DNA of 42,050 nt from Desulfobulbaceae bacterium (lineage in GTDB: Bacteria > Desulfobacterota > Desulfobulbia > Desulfobulbales > UBA5123). Position numbers and translations under genes: made by a program. Of this stretch, positions 8,280-17,692 are shown piece after piece (positions within the stretch are counted from its first letter, which is position 1; the number at the start of each line of letters is the position of its first letter). Location: NCBI GenBank assembly GCA_029865195.1, contig JAOUHH010000001.1:1-42050 (forward strand), read 5' to 3'. Below the pieces are notes generated by a model. It made no database searches, was not told the DNA's origin, and saw only the letters and a program-made list of their open reading frames with translations.

Positions 8280-9308
8280 TCATCCTTTTTTTGCTTCGGC
8301 CAGCGGCAGCAGTTTGAAGGCCGCCGGGTCGGTGATGGTCAGTTCGCTCACGGTGCCGTTTTCGTCGATGATCGAGTTCACCGCGACGAGCAGCATGTCG
8401 CGCTGGATGTCAAGGCTCGGCAACCGGCAGGGGACGATGGTGTTGGGCGTCCAGGGCCCGGTTTTGTGATGCCAGCCCTGCACGGTCACGGTGGCTCGAC
8501 TGCTGCGGCCGGCGCGGACAGCCGCTTCCCATCTGGCCCGGTCTTTATAGGTGACGCCGTTGCCCATCCCCTCCGCGATCACGATCAGCGGCCGGTAGCG
8601 CGTCACGCCCGGATCGGTCGCATAAGCCTGCGGCTGGGCGTTCTGTTCCGGGGTGGAAAAATCATCTCCGGCCGCCTGGCCCTTGATGATGTATTTGCTG
8701 TATCGGTCCTTCATCCCGAGTTGCGCCGATCCGCGCTTGCAGTTCTCGCCCTCGATCAGCGGGGTGGATACCCTTGCCGTCCCGGCCCTGGTCAGCAGCA
8801 GGCCGCCCTGGGAGTCCGACACCGGCAGCAACGCCCGGTAGCGGCACACCCGCTCGATGGCCTCGAAGGCCGTCTCGCCGGGCTGCAGGGCAAACTGACC
8901 GATCACCTTGCCGACATCGGCATTCGCCGTCACCGGGATACCGAACGGCTTGCAGATGTCGGCGCAGATTTGTCGGGCGGTGCGGTTGTTCCATTGACCC
9001 GATCCGCATATCGCCGAGCAGTCCACCAGATCGCCGGTCTTGTCGCGGCCGGTGACCGTCACGGTGTGTTCTTTGTCGTCGAAGCTCGGCGCCCCCTCGT
9101 CGACGTAGCCGGTGATCAACAGATCGCCGTCGGCCCGCAGCACACAGGCATCACCGCGTCTGATCTTGCGTGGGGTGGACTGCTCCGGCCAGCGCTCGGT
9201 GACCTTGAGGTCGAACGATCCGGAGACGGTCTCAATCGACCGGGTGACCCGGATCTCTTTCCAGCCCCCATAAGCCGCGCCGCCGATATGCAAACGGACA
9301 TCAGGCAT
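8280..9308 (-). CDS. Baseplate hub / tail protein (Mu gpP, P2 gpD-like)
   Basis: 342 aa, positioned between the DNA-circulation and gp45-like genes. Confidence 0.8.
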   Translation of the reverse strand: MPDVRLHIGGAAYGGWKEIRVTRSIETVSGSFDLKVTERWPEQSTPRKIRRGDACVLRADGDLLITGYVDEGAPSFDDKEHTVTVTGRDKTGDLVDCSAICGSGQWNNRTARQICADICKPFGIPVTANADVGKVIGQFALQPGETAFEAIERVCRYRALLPVSDSQGGLLLTRAGTARVSTPLIEGENCKRGSAQLGMKDRYSKYIIKGQAAGDDFSTPEQNAQPQAYATDPGVTRYRPLIVIAEGMGNGVTYKDRARWEAAVRAGRSSRATVTVQGWHHKTGPWTPNTIVPCRLPSLDIQRDMLLVAVNSIIDENGTVSELTITDPAAFKLLPLAEAKKG

Positions 9309-10539
9309 CTGTCAGCACCTCCAACGGTGTGCCGCCGGGCAGGAAGCCGGGATGCCCGATGTCGTTGCGGGCGATGATGTCGGCGTCGCGGCTTGCGTCG
9401 TCGTATTCCCGATATGCCAGCACCAGTGCCGGGGTGGTCTGCTCCGGCGTTACCGTTTTCACCCGCGGCGTGGTGGCGGCGCGGGTGTTGATGTCGGCGA
9501 TAAACGCGGCCCGCAGGTTGCTCATGGCGATATAGGTGTCATCGTCGGCGGTTTCCATCTCCGTCTCCAGCCGGTCGGCCACCTCGTTGCGGATCTCCAC
9601 CACCTTGTTGTAGTTGTCGACGCCTCCCGGCTGGTAGCCGGGGTCGCTCGGCGGACGGAAGGCCATGCCCGACACCGACCGGGCCGCCTCGATGGCCGAC
9701 ACCTGCCGCACCATGGCGGCTATCGCCTCCTGGTTGGCCGCCTGCTGCCTGCGACTTGCCGTTGTCGACGGCACATAGGGCAGGGTGTCGCCGTGGCTGA
9801 ACAGCGCCCGGCACATCCGCAAGGCGGACAACGGCCTGGACGGCAAGGCGACAAGGTCACCGATCAGCCCGGCAATGCCGTCGGCCAGGTCGACAGGGGA
9901 CCGGATCAGGGAAGCGACCCGGCCGGCGACGGAGTTCAGCGACGAGACAAACGTGATCGCCCCGGCCGGGGTTTCCGGCAGCAGGTCGCGCACGGCGTCT
10001 ATGGCCGCAAGGGCATCAGACACCGCAGTCGCGGCGGACTCGGCGACAAAGGCCGGGAATCCGCTCACCGTGAATTGATCGGCGAACCCGGCCTCGACCG
10101 CGACAATGGCGGCGTCGGCCTTGCTGTCGACGTTGGCGGCGGTGTCAACGGCGGTGGATGGTTCCGCGTTGGCCCCGGCCTCGGCAAAGGTGACCGAGAA
10201 CCTGGCCATGCCGCCCTCGGCGGTGGTCTCGCGGGGGCCACGGGCAGAAACCACCTCGACCATCTTGGTGCCAAGCCATGGATGCACCAGCTTGCCGGCG
10301 CCCGGTTGGTCCAATGCGGCGATCAACTTGTCGCGGGCGGCCATGTAATCGGGGCCGAGCACGAACAGTTCTACCGTCCACTGCTTGGCCTTGGCGCCGA
10401 GGTCTTCACGGTACGGCTGGTCGCGGAACGGGAAGGAGTGCTCGGCCAGACGGCGACCGAGGCCGTCACCGTCGGATGAATCGGTCTGGAATGCAATGCC
10501 CCGATAAGAACCGGGGCGAAGCTGTTCGCGCCATCCCAT
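9301..10539 (-). CDS. Mu gpN-like DNA circulation protein
   Basis: 'WREQLRPGSYRGIAFQTDSSDGDGLGRRLAEHSFPFRDQPYREDLG' is the characteristic N-terminal domain. Confidence 0.8.
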   Translation of the reverse strand: MGWREQLRPGSYRGIAFQTDSSDGDGLGRRLAEHSFPFRDQPYREDLGAKAKQWTVELFVLGPDYMAARDKLIAALDQPGAGKLVHPWLGTKMVEVVSARGPRETTAEGGMARFSVTFAEAGANAEPSTAVDTAANVDSKADAAIVAVEAGFADQFTVSGFPAFVAESAATAVSDALAAIDAVRDLLPETPAGAITFVSSLNSVAGRVASLIRSPVDLADGIAGLIGDLVALPSRPLSALRMCRALFSHGDTLPYVPSTTASRRQQAANQEAIAAMVRQVSAIEAARSVSGMAFRPPSDPGYQPGGVDNYNKVVEIRNEVADRLETEMETADDDTYIAMSNLRAAFIADINTRAATTPRVKTVTPEQTTPALVLAYREYDDASRDADIIARNDIGHPGFLPGGTPLEVLTDA

Positions 10540-12299
10540 CAGTAAGCCCCCGCCATGGTCACGCCGGTGTCGACATCGACCTGCATGCCGGCAGCGGACA
10601 TTCTTTTCACTTTGGCGCGGGTGCCGTCGCTGCTGTTGACCTCGATTGCGACCTTTGCCTCCTGGCTGCCGACGATGGCGGCCAGGCGGGCGATGGCCTC
10701 GCCGATCTTGTCCTGCGTCTTGGTTCCCTGCAGCAGGTATTTGTTGATGAGCATGCCGAGGCCGTACCCCGCGCCGCCGGTCACGCCGACCATGGCGGCG
10801 GACGTTGCCATCCCGGCCGCGCCGGTTGCGCCGAGAGCGCCCACACTGGTGCCGCCGAGGCCAAGCAGCTTGGCCCCGTATTTGCGGAGCATGCCGGCGG
10901 AACGGCCTGCGGCCGATCCTTGCCCGCCACCAAGGCCGAAGCCATCGGAGCCGGGCAGCATGGAAAGATGCTTGTTGACCACATATACAGGGATCGGGCC
11001 GGAGCCGCCGAGCATCCCGCCGCCGGCCGCGCCGCCCTTGCCGCCGAAACCGAACAACCGGCGGGCCTTGTTGGCGATAACCAGGCCGCCGAGACCGACC
11101 GCCATGCCGGTGCCGACCTTCAATACTTTGTCCAGGGTTTCAGGGTTGATACTGTTGAGCGCGTCGGCGGCGCTTTGGATGGCCTTAGTGAGGTTGCTTT
11201 CGGCGAACCGTTCCCACGCCGTGGCGAGTGCTGTCACCGACCTAGCTGCATCGGCTGCGGCGGTGGCGCTATCTTTTACGGTGACTGTACCGTTAGCCTG
11301 CAGGTTCATAAACTTCTGCAGGCTGGCGACAGAGCCGGTGCGTTTGTATTCTGATGCCATAGCGTTGAAAGCACGGATCGCCTCGGCGTCGAACACCTTA
11401 GAGAGCACGGTCTGATTGCCTTTTGCCTTGGTGATGATGTCGACCATCAGGTCGTTGATGGGACGCAGGATCTCCTTGCCTTCCTTCAGCGCCTTGGGGT
11501 CGAACACCTGGATGCCGCCCTTGGCGAGTTTGTTGATCTTCTGCTTGTCGGCCATGGTCCGCATCACCGCTTCAAAGGCGGTGGCCGCCTGCTCTGGGTT
11601 GCCGGTGCCCTGCCGGACCACCTGCAGAGTGGCTCCTAATTCGCGCACAGCCTGCAACCCACCCCGGCCGGTGGCCGTGTAAGCTGCGAACACGCGGGGG
11701 CCAAGGTTGGCGAGGTTCTGTAAAGTGAACGCGCCCTCCTTGCCCTGCACATTGAGGATGTCCAGCGCCTCGAGGACTTCCTTGGGCTTGATGATGCCCA
11801 TCTTCTGAAACTCGGACATGATCCCGCCGATGTCGCGGCCTTCCGCCCCGGTGGCCGACATAGCCAGGCCGATGTTGCGGATGTTGGCCTCGGCGAAACG
11901 CAGGTCGCCGGTGCGTTCGACGATCTCGTCAACCGCATCGACGATCCCGGCCGGATCGAGCCTGATTTCCGGGGCGCGGGCTGCTTCGTATATTTTCTCT
12001 TTAAGGTGTTCGATGGTGGTGGCGGAGGCGTTGGCCTGAATGCCGAGGCGGGTGAAGCGGGTTTGCAGGCCGGTCACCATGCGATAGGTGCCGACACCTG
12101 CCGCGCCGGTCAGCAGGGCGGTGTATTTGTTGCCGACGGCATCGAGCCCTCGGCTTACCTGCCGCGCCGCCGGCGACAGCCGCGACAAGCTGCGGACGCC
12201 GCGGTTGCTGAGATCCTCCATGGAGTTGCCGAACCGACGGGCCTTGTCCTGAAGGTTGCCGACCATGTCGACGGCGATGGTTGATCTCACTTCGCTCAT
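10539..12299 (-). CDS. Tail tape measure protein
   Basis: 586 aa, helical with Gly-rich stretches, positioned after the tail chaperone. ATGA overlap with the next gene. Confidence 0.9.
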   Translation of the reverse strand: MSEVRSTIAVDMVGNLQDKARRFGNSMEDLSNRGVRSLSRLSPAARQVSRGLDAVGNKYTALLTGAAGVGTYRMVTGLQTRFTRLGIQANASATTIEHLKEKIYEAARAPEIRLDPAGIVDAVDEIVERTGDLRFAEANIRNIGLAMSATGAEGRDIGGIMSEFQKMGIIKPKEVLEALDILNVQGKEGAFTLQNLANLGPRVFAAYTATGRGGLQAVRELGATLQVVRQGTGNPEQAATAFEAVMRTMADKQKINKLAKGGIQVFDPKALKEGKEILRPINDLMVDIITKAKGNQTVLSKVFDAEAIRAFNAMASEYKRTGSVASLQKFMNLQANGTVTVKDSATAAADAARSVTALATAWERFAESNLTKAIQSAADALNSINPETLDKVLKVGTGMAVGLGGLVIANKARRLFGFGGKGGAAGGGMLGGSGPIPVYVVNKHLSMLPGSDGFGLGGGQGSAAGRSAGMLRKYGAKLLGLGGTSVGALGATGAAGMATSAAMVGVTGGAGYGLGMLINKYLLQGTKTQDKIGEAIARLAAIVGSQEAKVAIEVNSSDGTRAKVKRMSAAGMQVDVDTGVTMAGAY

Positions 12300-12410
12300 G
12301 TATCAACGCTCTCGATGATCTTGATCTGTCGCAAAAATGCCCGCACAGTGAGGGCGACTACGTCGGCGCGCTGCCATCCTGCCCGGCGAATAAACACCGC
12401 GGCGCTCCGT

Positions 12411-12776
12411 TCAATCGCCGGATGGAGCGCCGTCATCTCGCCCCCGGTCAGTCACCGTGCCGAGGGTCAGTTTGTCGAGCTTGTCGGCCTCACGTTGCAG
12501 GGCCTCGAAGTCGTCGCGGTGGAGCCGCTTGATCTCATTCACGGCGAGCGGCCCTGGGTAATCTCCGATGCGGACGATCTGCCGGCGTAAAGTATGCAAA
12601 CCCATCATGGTCGGGCTGCTCACCAGGGCGTAGCCGTCAGGGGTTGGCACCGCCCGCTCGGATTCCTCCTGGGCGGCGATGATGTCAGCGAGGGTGACCT
12701 CGCGCAACTCCGCCTGGGTGTGTTTCACGTCGCCGATGGTCAGGCCGTGGGCGAGTTCAACGGTTACGGTCGCCAT
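12411..12776 (-). CDS. Tail assembly chaperone (Mu gp41 / P2 gpE type)
   Basis: Positioned between the tube and tape measure genes. A fully open alternative frame bridges the gap to the tape measure start (see findings). Confidence 0.65.
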   Translation of the reverse strand: MATVTVELAHGLTIGDVKHTQAELREVTLADIIAAQEESERAVPTPDGYALVSSPTMMGLHTLRRQIVRIGDYPGPLAVNEIKRLHRDDFEALQREADKLDKLTLGTVTDRGRDDGAPSGD

Positions 12777-12777
12777 A

Positions 12778-13137
12778 TCACATCATCTCCTCGGCGGCCG
12801 GGCCTTCAAAGGTCAGTTTGACCTTGCCGCCGTCACCAGCAGTCAGCTGCGGGGTGTCGGTGATCCAGGCATCCTTGATCACGTAGCTCTGGCCGGTGTC
12901 GCAATCGAAGGTCAAGGTGGCGCCGCTGATCTGGCCGAGTTCGGCAAGGCTGGTGTCCTTGTCGTAGGCGATCTCGCACTCGACCTTCGACTGCCGGAGT
13001 TCCTCGCTGAATCCGATATTCAGATCGGTGATGACCGACTTGCGGGCGATGCCGCCGGGGTCCATGCTCGCGCCGGGCCGGCTGTTGAGCACCTTGCCGT
13101 CGTACTTGATGGTGGCGATCCCAAGTCTCTTTGACAT
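12778..13137 (-). CDS. Tail tube protein
   Basis: 119 aa, immediately after the sheath gene. Confidence 0.75.
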   Translation of the reverse strand: MSKRLGIATIKYDGKVLNSRPGASMDPGGIARKSVITDLNIGFSEELRQSKVECEIAYDKDTSLAELGQISGATLTFDCDTGQSYVIKDAWITDTPQLTAGDGGKVKLTFEGPAAEEMM

Positions 13138-13190
13138 GATGGTTCTCTCCTTTGAAGAGGCCCGGCCTGACTGCGGCCGGGCTCAATCGG

Positions 13191-14666
13191 TTACACGATA
13201 AACTGCATCTGCTCTGCGAAGACGCGGAACTGGTTGACCAGATCCGGCGGGGCGAGCACGTTGACGCGGTTGCGGTCGTTGACGTCACGCTCGACAACCA
13301 GATCGGCCTTGTACTGGTCGATGTTCTCGACCAGACCGGCCAGTTCCCACTCCTTGAACAACGCGATCAGCTCGTTCCTGATCACCTTGGGCGTCACGAT
13401 CTTCTGCCCGGCGCCGTAGTTGGTGCCGTCGTCTGCCAGTTTGTGGCGCGGGAACTTCTGGGTTATCCGGGCGCGGGTTGAATAGCGCAGGTACGAGAGC
13501 GTCGCCGGGGTGTTGACGTCCAGATAGCTCGGATCGGCGACCCCGTAGGCGTTCTCCTGGTACATGGTGATGAGCCGCTCGATGAGCACCCGGCCGCCGG
13601 AGTCGACGGTGTGGGTGGCAATGCCGTCATACAGCAGCAGGTTGCGCTCTTCCATGGTCCAGCGATCCTCAATGGCCGGCGGCAAAACCCCATCGAGCAC
13701 CAGGGTCTGCAGCGGCCGGGCCGGGTCGATGGCGAGGCTGTGAGCGGCCTCGGCGGCCACGGCGGCGGCCCACACATAGGGCGGGGTGGGCGAGATGCCG
13801 GTCCCCATGCAGGTGACCAGCAGGCTGTTGCGGCCGTCGCCGAAGGTCTGGGTGGCGGCCTGGGTGCCGCGATAAGCGGCGTAGGCAATTCCGTCGATCT
13901 GGCGGGTCGGTCCCCAGCGGTCGGTGAGCTCGGTTTCCAGCGCGGTCAGGTTGGCCGAGTCGGTGTACGGCATGACGATGTGGTTCCACCACTCGTCGCC
14001 GAGCACGGCGACGGCGTCTGCAATATCAGGATTGCCGGTGCCGCCGGTCATGGCGGTGACGGTGGTGGTCAGGCCGGTGGGGGTCTTCTCGTCCTGGTAA
14101 TAATTGACACGGAGGTCGATGCCGTTGCCGGTTTCACCCTTCCAGCGGGCGGTGATGTCCACCTGCTCCGGAACGCCACCGTTCACGGCTGCGGTCACCG
14201 GCAGCGAGGTGTCGGCGTTGATTGCGGCGACCACGGCGGTGGCAATGCTGCTCAATGTCTGCGCGGCGGCAATCGCCACCCGGACCCGGTTGCCTGCGAT
14301 ATACAGGTTGAGGGTGCCGGCGGCGGTGACGGCGCCACCGAAAAGGATGTTGCCAGCGGCGGCTACGCCCGCGACGTCGTCATCGAGCAGGATGCCCCAT
14401 GTCTCGGTGAAGCGGTTGTTGAGCTTGAGGGCGTTGATCATGTGGCTGAACATCGAGCCACGGCCTGCTGCGGCCTCGGCATGGCCGGGAGAGTTGACCC
14501 GGAACGGCACCTCGGCGGCCTGCTCACCGGCGGCCAACCGCTGGCCGATGACCAGAATCTTGTGCATGATGCCGGGCGTACCGGATACGGCCCGCTCGTT
14601 GTTAAATTCAACGTAGGCCAGCGGCACCCGCAGTTGACTCGGAATAGAATCGAATGAGATCGGCAT
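13191..14666 (-). CDS. Contractile tail sheath protein
   Basis: 491 aa. The N-terminus 'IPSQLRVPLAYVEFNN...KILVIGQ' is typical of Mu gpL / P2 FI-type sheaths. Confidence 0.9.
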   Translation of the reverse strand: MPISFDSIPSQLRVPLAYVEFNNERAVSGTPGIMHKILVIGQRLAAGEQAAEVPFRVNSPGHAEAAAGRGSMFSHMINALKLNNRFTETWGILLDDDVAGVAAAGNILFGGAVTAAGTLNLYIAGNRVRVAIAAAQTLSSIATAVVAAINADTSLPVTAAVNGGVPEQVDITARWKGETGNGIDLRVNYYQDEKTPTGLTTTVTAMTGGTGNPDIADAVAVLGDEWWNHIVMPYTDSANLTALETELTDRWGPTRQIDGIAYAAYRGTQAATQTFGDGRNSLLVTCMGTGISPTPPYVWAAAVAAEAAHSLAIDPARPLQTLVLDGVLPPAIEDRWTMEERNLLLYDGIATHTVDSGGRVLIERLITMYQENAYGVADPSYLDVNTPATLSYLRYSTRARITQKFPRHKLADDGTNYGAGQKIVTPKVIRNELIALFKEWELAGLVENIDQYKADLVVERDVNDRNRVNVLAPPDLVNQFRVFAEQMQFIV

Positions 14667-14669
14667 TTA

Positions 14670-14858
14670 TCATTCCCCCTTCTTGGCGTTGATCTTTTTC
14701 GGGGCGTTGGCCTGGACGGCATCGCCATCTTTCAGGCGGCGCAACCAGTAGGCGGTGCGCGGCACCAGTTCCCCATCCTCGGCCAGGCGACTGCCGTCCG
14801 GCTTGCGAACGAGCAGACCAGGGCCGGGTTTGACAAAAATTTCGTTGCTGTTCGGCAT
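14670..14858 (-). CDS. Small Mu gp38-like protein (DUF2635 type)
   Basis: 'VRKPDGSRLAEDGELVPRTAYWLRRLKDGDA' fits the family pattern. It lies upstream of the sheath gene. Confidence 0.6.
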   Translation of the reverse strand: MPNSNEIFVKPGPGLLVRKPDGSRLAEDGELVPRTAYWLRRLKDGDAVQANAPKKINAKKGE

Positions 14859-14873
14859 GGTTGCCCCCTTCTG

Positions 14874-15431
14874 TTATGTTTGCGGGATGTTGAGATCGTC
14901 GACGGCGTCAATCTGTCCGTCCGGCGTTGCCATATCCCACTCGGTATGCGTCCGCAGGAAGTCGTCGAGGGTGTCGACATCAACCTGGCCGCGGGTAAAC
15001 TCGATCTGTAAATCAATCACGGTGAAACATGTCGGCGCGGCGGCGCCCTCGTCGTTGCTCGATGCGGTTATGTCGAGCCGGTCGACGGTGTCGCCGAGGC
15101 CGGTGTCGCCGTAGATGGCATCCTCGATCAGTTCCTCGGCGACCAGCTGCTCCGCCACCACCAGCTCTGATTTCGGCTGATAAAAGCCGAAGTACAACCG
15201 AACCTGCGGCTGGCACATGATGCCGCCGCTGATCTGGGTGCGTTTGCCTCGGCTCGGGCAGGTGATCAGCACCAGCGGCAACTCCGAGGCGTGGATCTCG
15301 GTGCGGCGTCGGAAGCTGATCCGCGCCGCCACGTTCTTGCCCCATTGCTGCTGTGCAAAGGCCTGCAACGGCTCGTTGCCGGTGATCTGAACGGCCAGGT
15401 TGTCGAGCGCGGTCTTGAGGGTGGTGGTCAT
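14874..15431 (-). CDS. Tail completion / gp37-like virion protein
   Basis: Called on position in a FluMu-like gene order. No strong motif. Confidence 0.5.
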   Translation of the reverse strand: MTTTLKTALDNLAVQITGNEPLQAFAQQQWGKNVAARISFRRRTEIHASELPLVLITCPSRGKRTQISGGIMCQPQVRLYFGFYQPKSELVVAEQLVAEELIEDAIYGDTGLGDTVDRLDITASSNDEGAAAPTCFTVIDLQIEFTRGQVDVDTLDDFLRTHTEWDMATPDGQIDAVDDLNIPQT

Positions 15432-16000
15432 TTCGTTCCCCTGAATGCCTGAATGGCCTGGGCCAAGGCCCCACCGGCCGGAGCCTGGCCGACTGCCAGA
15501 CTGTAGCGGGCCTTCTTCTCGTCGGTGCGCTTGCCGAAATAGCGGTCAACCCAGGCGATCACCGGGCCGAGCAGCGCCAGGATAGTCATGTGGGAGCCGT
15601 TGATCTTCTCCAGGGTGGCCGCATTGTTGGTGACGATGGCCGACACCCAGGCGGACATGAACGCCACGATGGAGAGCAGCACCACGATGGACGCCCACTT
15701 GGCGATCCATGGGCGGGTGCTGTTGCCGGTGGCGTCGGCCTTGGCCAGCGAATCGACAATGCGCGACCATGCGTCGATGTCGGCAATCTCGACGTCCAGC
15801 TGCTTGGTGAGGATGGCGAACTGCTGGTCCGGCGGCAGGGTCTGGATGGCAGAATGCACATCCTGGCCGGTGGCCGTGGCCGGGAGTTGTTTGTCGGCGG
15901 GCAGCAGGGAGTTGATCATGCCGATGATCGGCGCCGCAGTCGGACACGCTACACTGAGAGCCGTTGATCCTGCCTTGAGCAGCACATCGAGGAGTTTCAT
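15428..16000 (-). CDS. Putative holin (3-TM, GTA-holin-like; start refined to MKLLDVLL)
   Basis: ATG at 15998-16000, 1 nt after the endolysin stop. Hydrophobic segments lie in the C-terminal half. Confidence 0.5.
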   Translation of the reverse strand: MKLLDVLLKAGSTALSVACPTAAPIIGMINSLLPADKQLPATATGQDVHSAIQTLPPDQQFAILTKQLDVEIADIDAWSRIVDSLAKADATGNSTRPWIAKWASIVVLLSIVAFMSAWVSAIVTNNAATLEKINGSHMTILALLGPVIAWVDRYFGKRTDEKKARYSLAVGQAPAGGALAQAIQAFRGTK

Positions 16001-16001
16001 A

Positions 16002-16505
16002 TCATCTCTCCCAAACTCTGGTGAGCCAGCCGCCGAACCACTTTTCGAGTTTAGGGTTGTTCTCCACGCACTCGACATAGTGGCCGAACTGCAGGCCGTT
16101 CAAGGTTTTCAGGATGCGTTCGGGCCGGGACGCCTGGTTGATGGCGGCGATGGTCCCCGACCCGATGACGCCGTCGACAACCAGATCGCGGTTGCCGTCG
16201 TTCCAGTTGGTCAGGTTGTAGGCCCGTTGCAGCCAGCGCATGACCTTGGGGCCGATGTTGACCATGGAGTCAAACACCTCCTCGGCAATGGCCTGATCGA
16301 CGATCTCGTCAAGTCGGGCCTTATCCCAGAAATCGCGCTTATAGATGCCCATGGCCTGGGTGATGGTCAGCGCGGCGATATTGAGGCTCGGATAACTCCG
16401 CTTGCTGATCCCGTATTTGGTCTCGCCGCCGGGATCGGCCGGGTCGTTGACGTAGCCGCCCTCGACGCCGATCAGGGCCTTGAATGCTTTTTCAAATTCG
16501 GCCAT
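16002..16505 (-). CDS. Endolysin, GH108 lysozyme with a peptidoglycan-binding domain (start refined to MAEFEKAF)
   Basis: 'EGGYVNDPADPGGETKYGI' is the GH108 signature. 'VVDGVIGSGTIAAIN' resembles a PG_binding_3 domain. Confidence 0.85.
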   Translation of the reverse strand: MAEFEKAFKALIGVEGGYVNDPADPGGETKYGISKRSYPSLNIAALTITQAMGIYKRDFWDKARLDEIVDQAIAEEVFDSMVNIGPKVMRWLQRAYNLTNWNDGNRDLVVDGVIGSGTIAAINQASRPERILKTLNGLQFGHYVECVENNPKLEKWFGGWLTRVWER

Positions 16506-16507
16506 GA

Positions 16508-16765
16508 TCAATTCACCAGTCCTTTGAGGTCTTCCTCGCTGACTTCTCCGCCGGTGGCCATCACCACCAGGACGCGCTTGATCGCCTTGACGTCGTTTCG
16601 CAGTTCCTTGGCCGCGCACTGCTCGCAGTCCTTGATCTTGACGAAGCCTGGCGCGGTCAGGCGGCCGAAAACCAGCCCGACCGAAAGTTTCAACACCTCG
16701 TATGAGGCAACCGAGACCATGAACATGGCCATGGCCTGCACCCCGGAAAGATCCGCGAGATTCAT
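16508..16765 (-). CDS. Small membrane protein (holin or antiholin candidate)
   Basis: One clear hydrophobic helix, 'AMAMFMVSVASYEVLKLSVGLVF'. It lies directly upstream of the endolysin. Confidence 0.35.
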   Translation of the reverse strand: MNLADLSGVQAMAMFMVSVASYEVLKLSVGLVFGRLTAPGFVKIKDCEQCAAKELRNDVKAIKRVLVVMATGGEVSEEDLKGLVN

Positions 16766-17226
16766 TTGCCCACCTTTTTCAGTTCGTCGCCGAGCTCGTC
16801 GTCCATGATCGATGCCATGCGGTCACCTTCGTTGAAGCGCTCAAGGGCGTCGTCGGCGAATGACCGGGGGCCGTGGGCGCTGGATGAGTTGGCGCCGTCG
16901 TGGATCACTGTGGCGTAGCGGGCAGAATCAAACAGCATGGCGTCGAGATCGCCGGTTGTGAACACCGCGCCGTTGGCTGTCTTTGTCTGGCGTGGTTCGA
17001 GAAAATCGAGATGACTGCGGAGATGGCCGGTCACCACCGGCACCGGGTATCCGCCTGTATCGCCACCGGGGCCGCTCAACAGGTCATAAGCCTCACGGTG
17101 AACGCCTCTGACGATGCGCGTCAACCCGCGGCGGACAGCGGCGGGGGCATTGGCGGCGAAACGGTCAAACCCGCCGACGATCGCCTTGCTGCCCTTGATG
17201 TCAACGCGGACTTCAAGCATTATCAT
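16762..17226 (-). CDS. HK97 gp10-like head-tail joining protein
   Basis: Its position and 'GGYPVPVVTGHLRSHL' fit the gp10 family pattern. Confidence 0.6.
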   Translation of the reverse strand: MIMLEVRVDIKGSKAIVGGFDRFAANAPAAVRRGLTRIVRGVHREAYDLLSGPGGDTGGYPVPVVTGHLRSHLDFLEPRQTKTANGAVFTTGDLDAMLFDSARYATVIHDGANSSSAHGPRSFADDALERFNEGDRMASIMDDELGDELKKVGK

Positions 17227-17638
17227 CCTCGAAATGGCTGGTGATTACCGCGCCGCAGGCGAAGTCGGAAGCATCGGACACCGCCGAGGCGGCAAGCCGA
17301 TCGATGAGGCCCTGCGCCTCGGCGAGCATGGCGCGTTTCTGCTTATCGAGCGCCGTTGTCTCCGGCTCCTGGCCGTTGGGCACGGCGTTCCCGGCAATCG
17401 ACACGATCCGCCGCTGGAACAGTTCAGCCGCGACGAGGCACTTTTCGGCCCGCTTGACATAAGCAGCGGTCGCCGTGACGGCCGAAGCGTAGGCGGTCGC
17501 GCCGACCCGCACTTCCAGCAGCATGGCCTGCTCGTCGATAACACCCTGCAGCCACGCATCGAAGGTGGCGGCAGTCAGGCTGAACTGCTCGGGGGTGAAC
17601 CCGAGATTCTTGATATCGTCGAGAGAAACCTTGCCCAT
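17213..17638 (-). CDS. Head-tail connector/adaptor protein
   Basis: 141 aa, directly after the major capsid gene. Confidence 0.5.
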   Translation of the reverse strand: MGKVSLDDIKNLGFTPEQFSLTAATFDAWLQGVIDEQAMLLEVRVGATAYASAVTATAAYVKRAEKCLVAAELFQRRIVSIAGNAVPNGQEPETTALDKQKRAMLAEAQGLIDRLAASAVSDASDFACGAVITSHFEDDNA

Positions 17639-17656
17639 GGCGGCACCGGCAGAGCA

Positions 17657-17678
17657 GGGCGGGGATCATCCCCCGCCC
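17657..17678 (-). terminator. GC-rich stem-loop after the capsid gene (weak terminator or attenuator, no U-run)
   Basis: GGGCGGGG paired with CCCCGCCC, read directly. Confidence 0.3.
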
Positions 17679-17692
17679 GCCCTGGTTATTGG

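Noticed and set aside
7059-9377. Long plus-strand ORFs of 370-660 aa opposite the tail, terminase and primase genes: 7059..8180, 8232..9377, 15588..16808, 25608..27080 and 35177..37150
   Set aside because: Their translations are low-complexity and rich in Arg, Gly, Ala and Pro. They lie antisense to genes with clear phage motifs. This is the typical shadow-ORF pattern in high-GC DNA.
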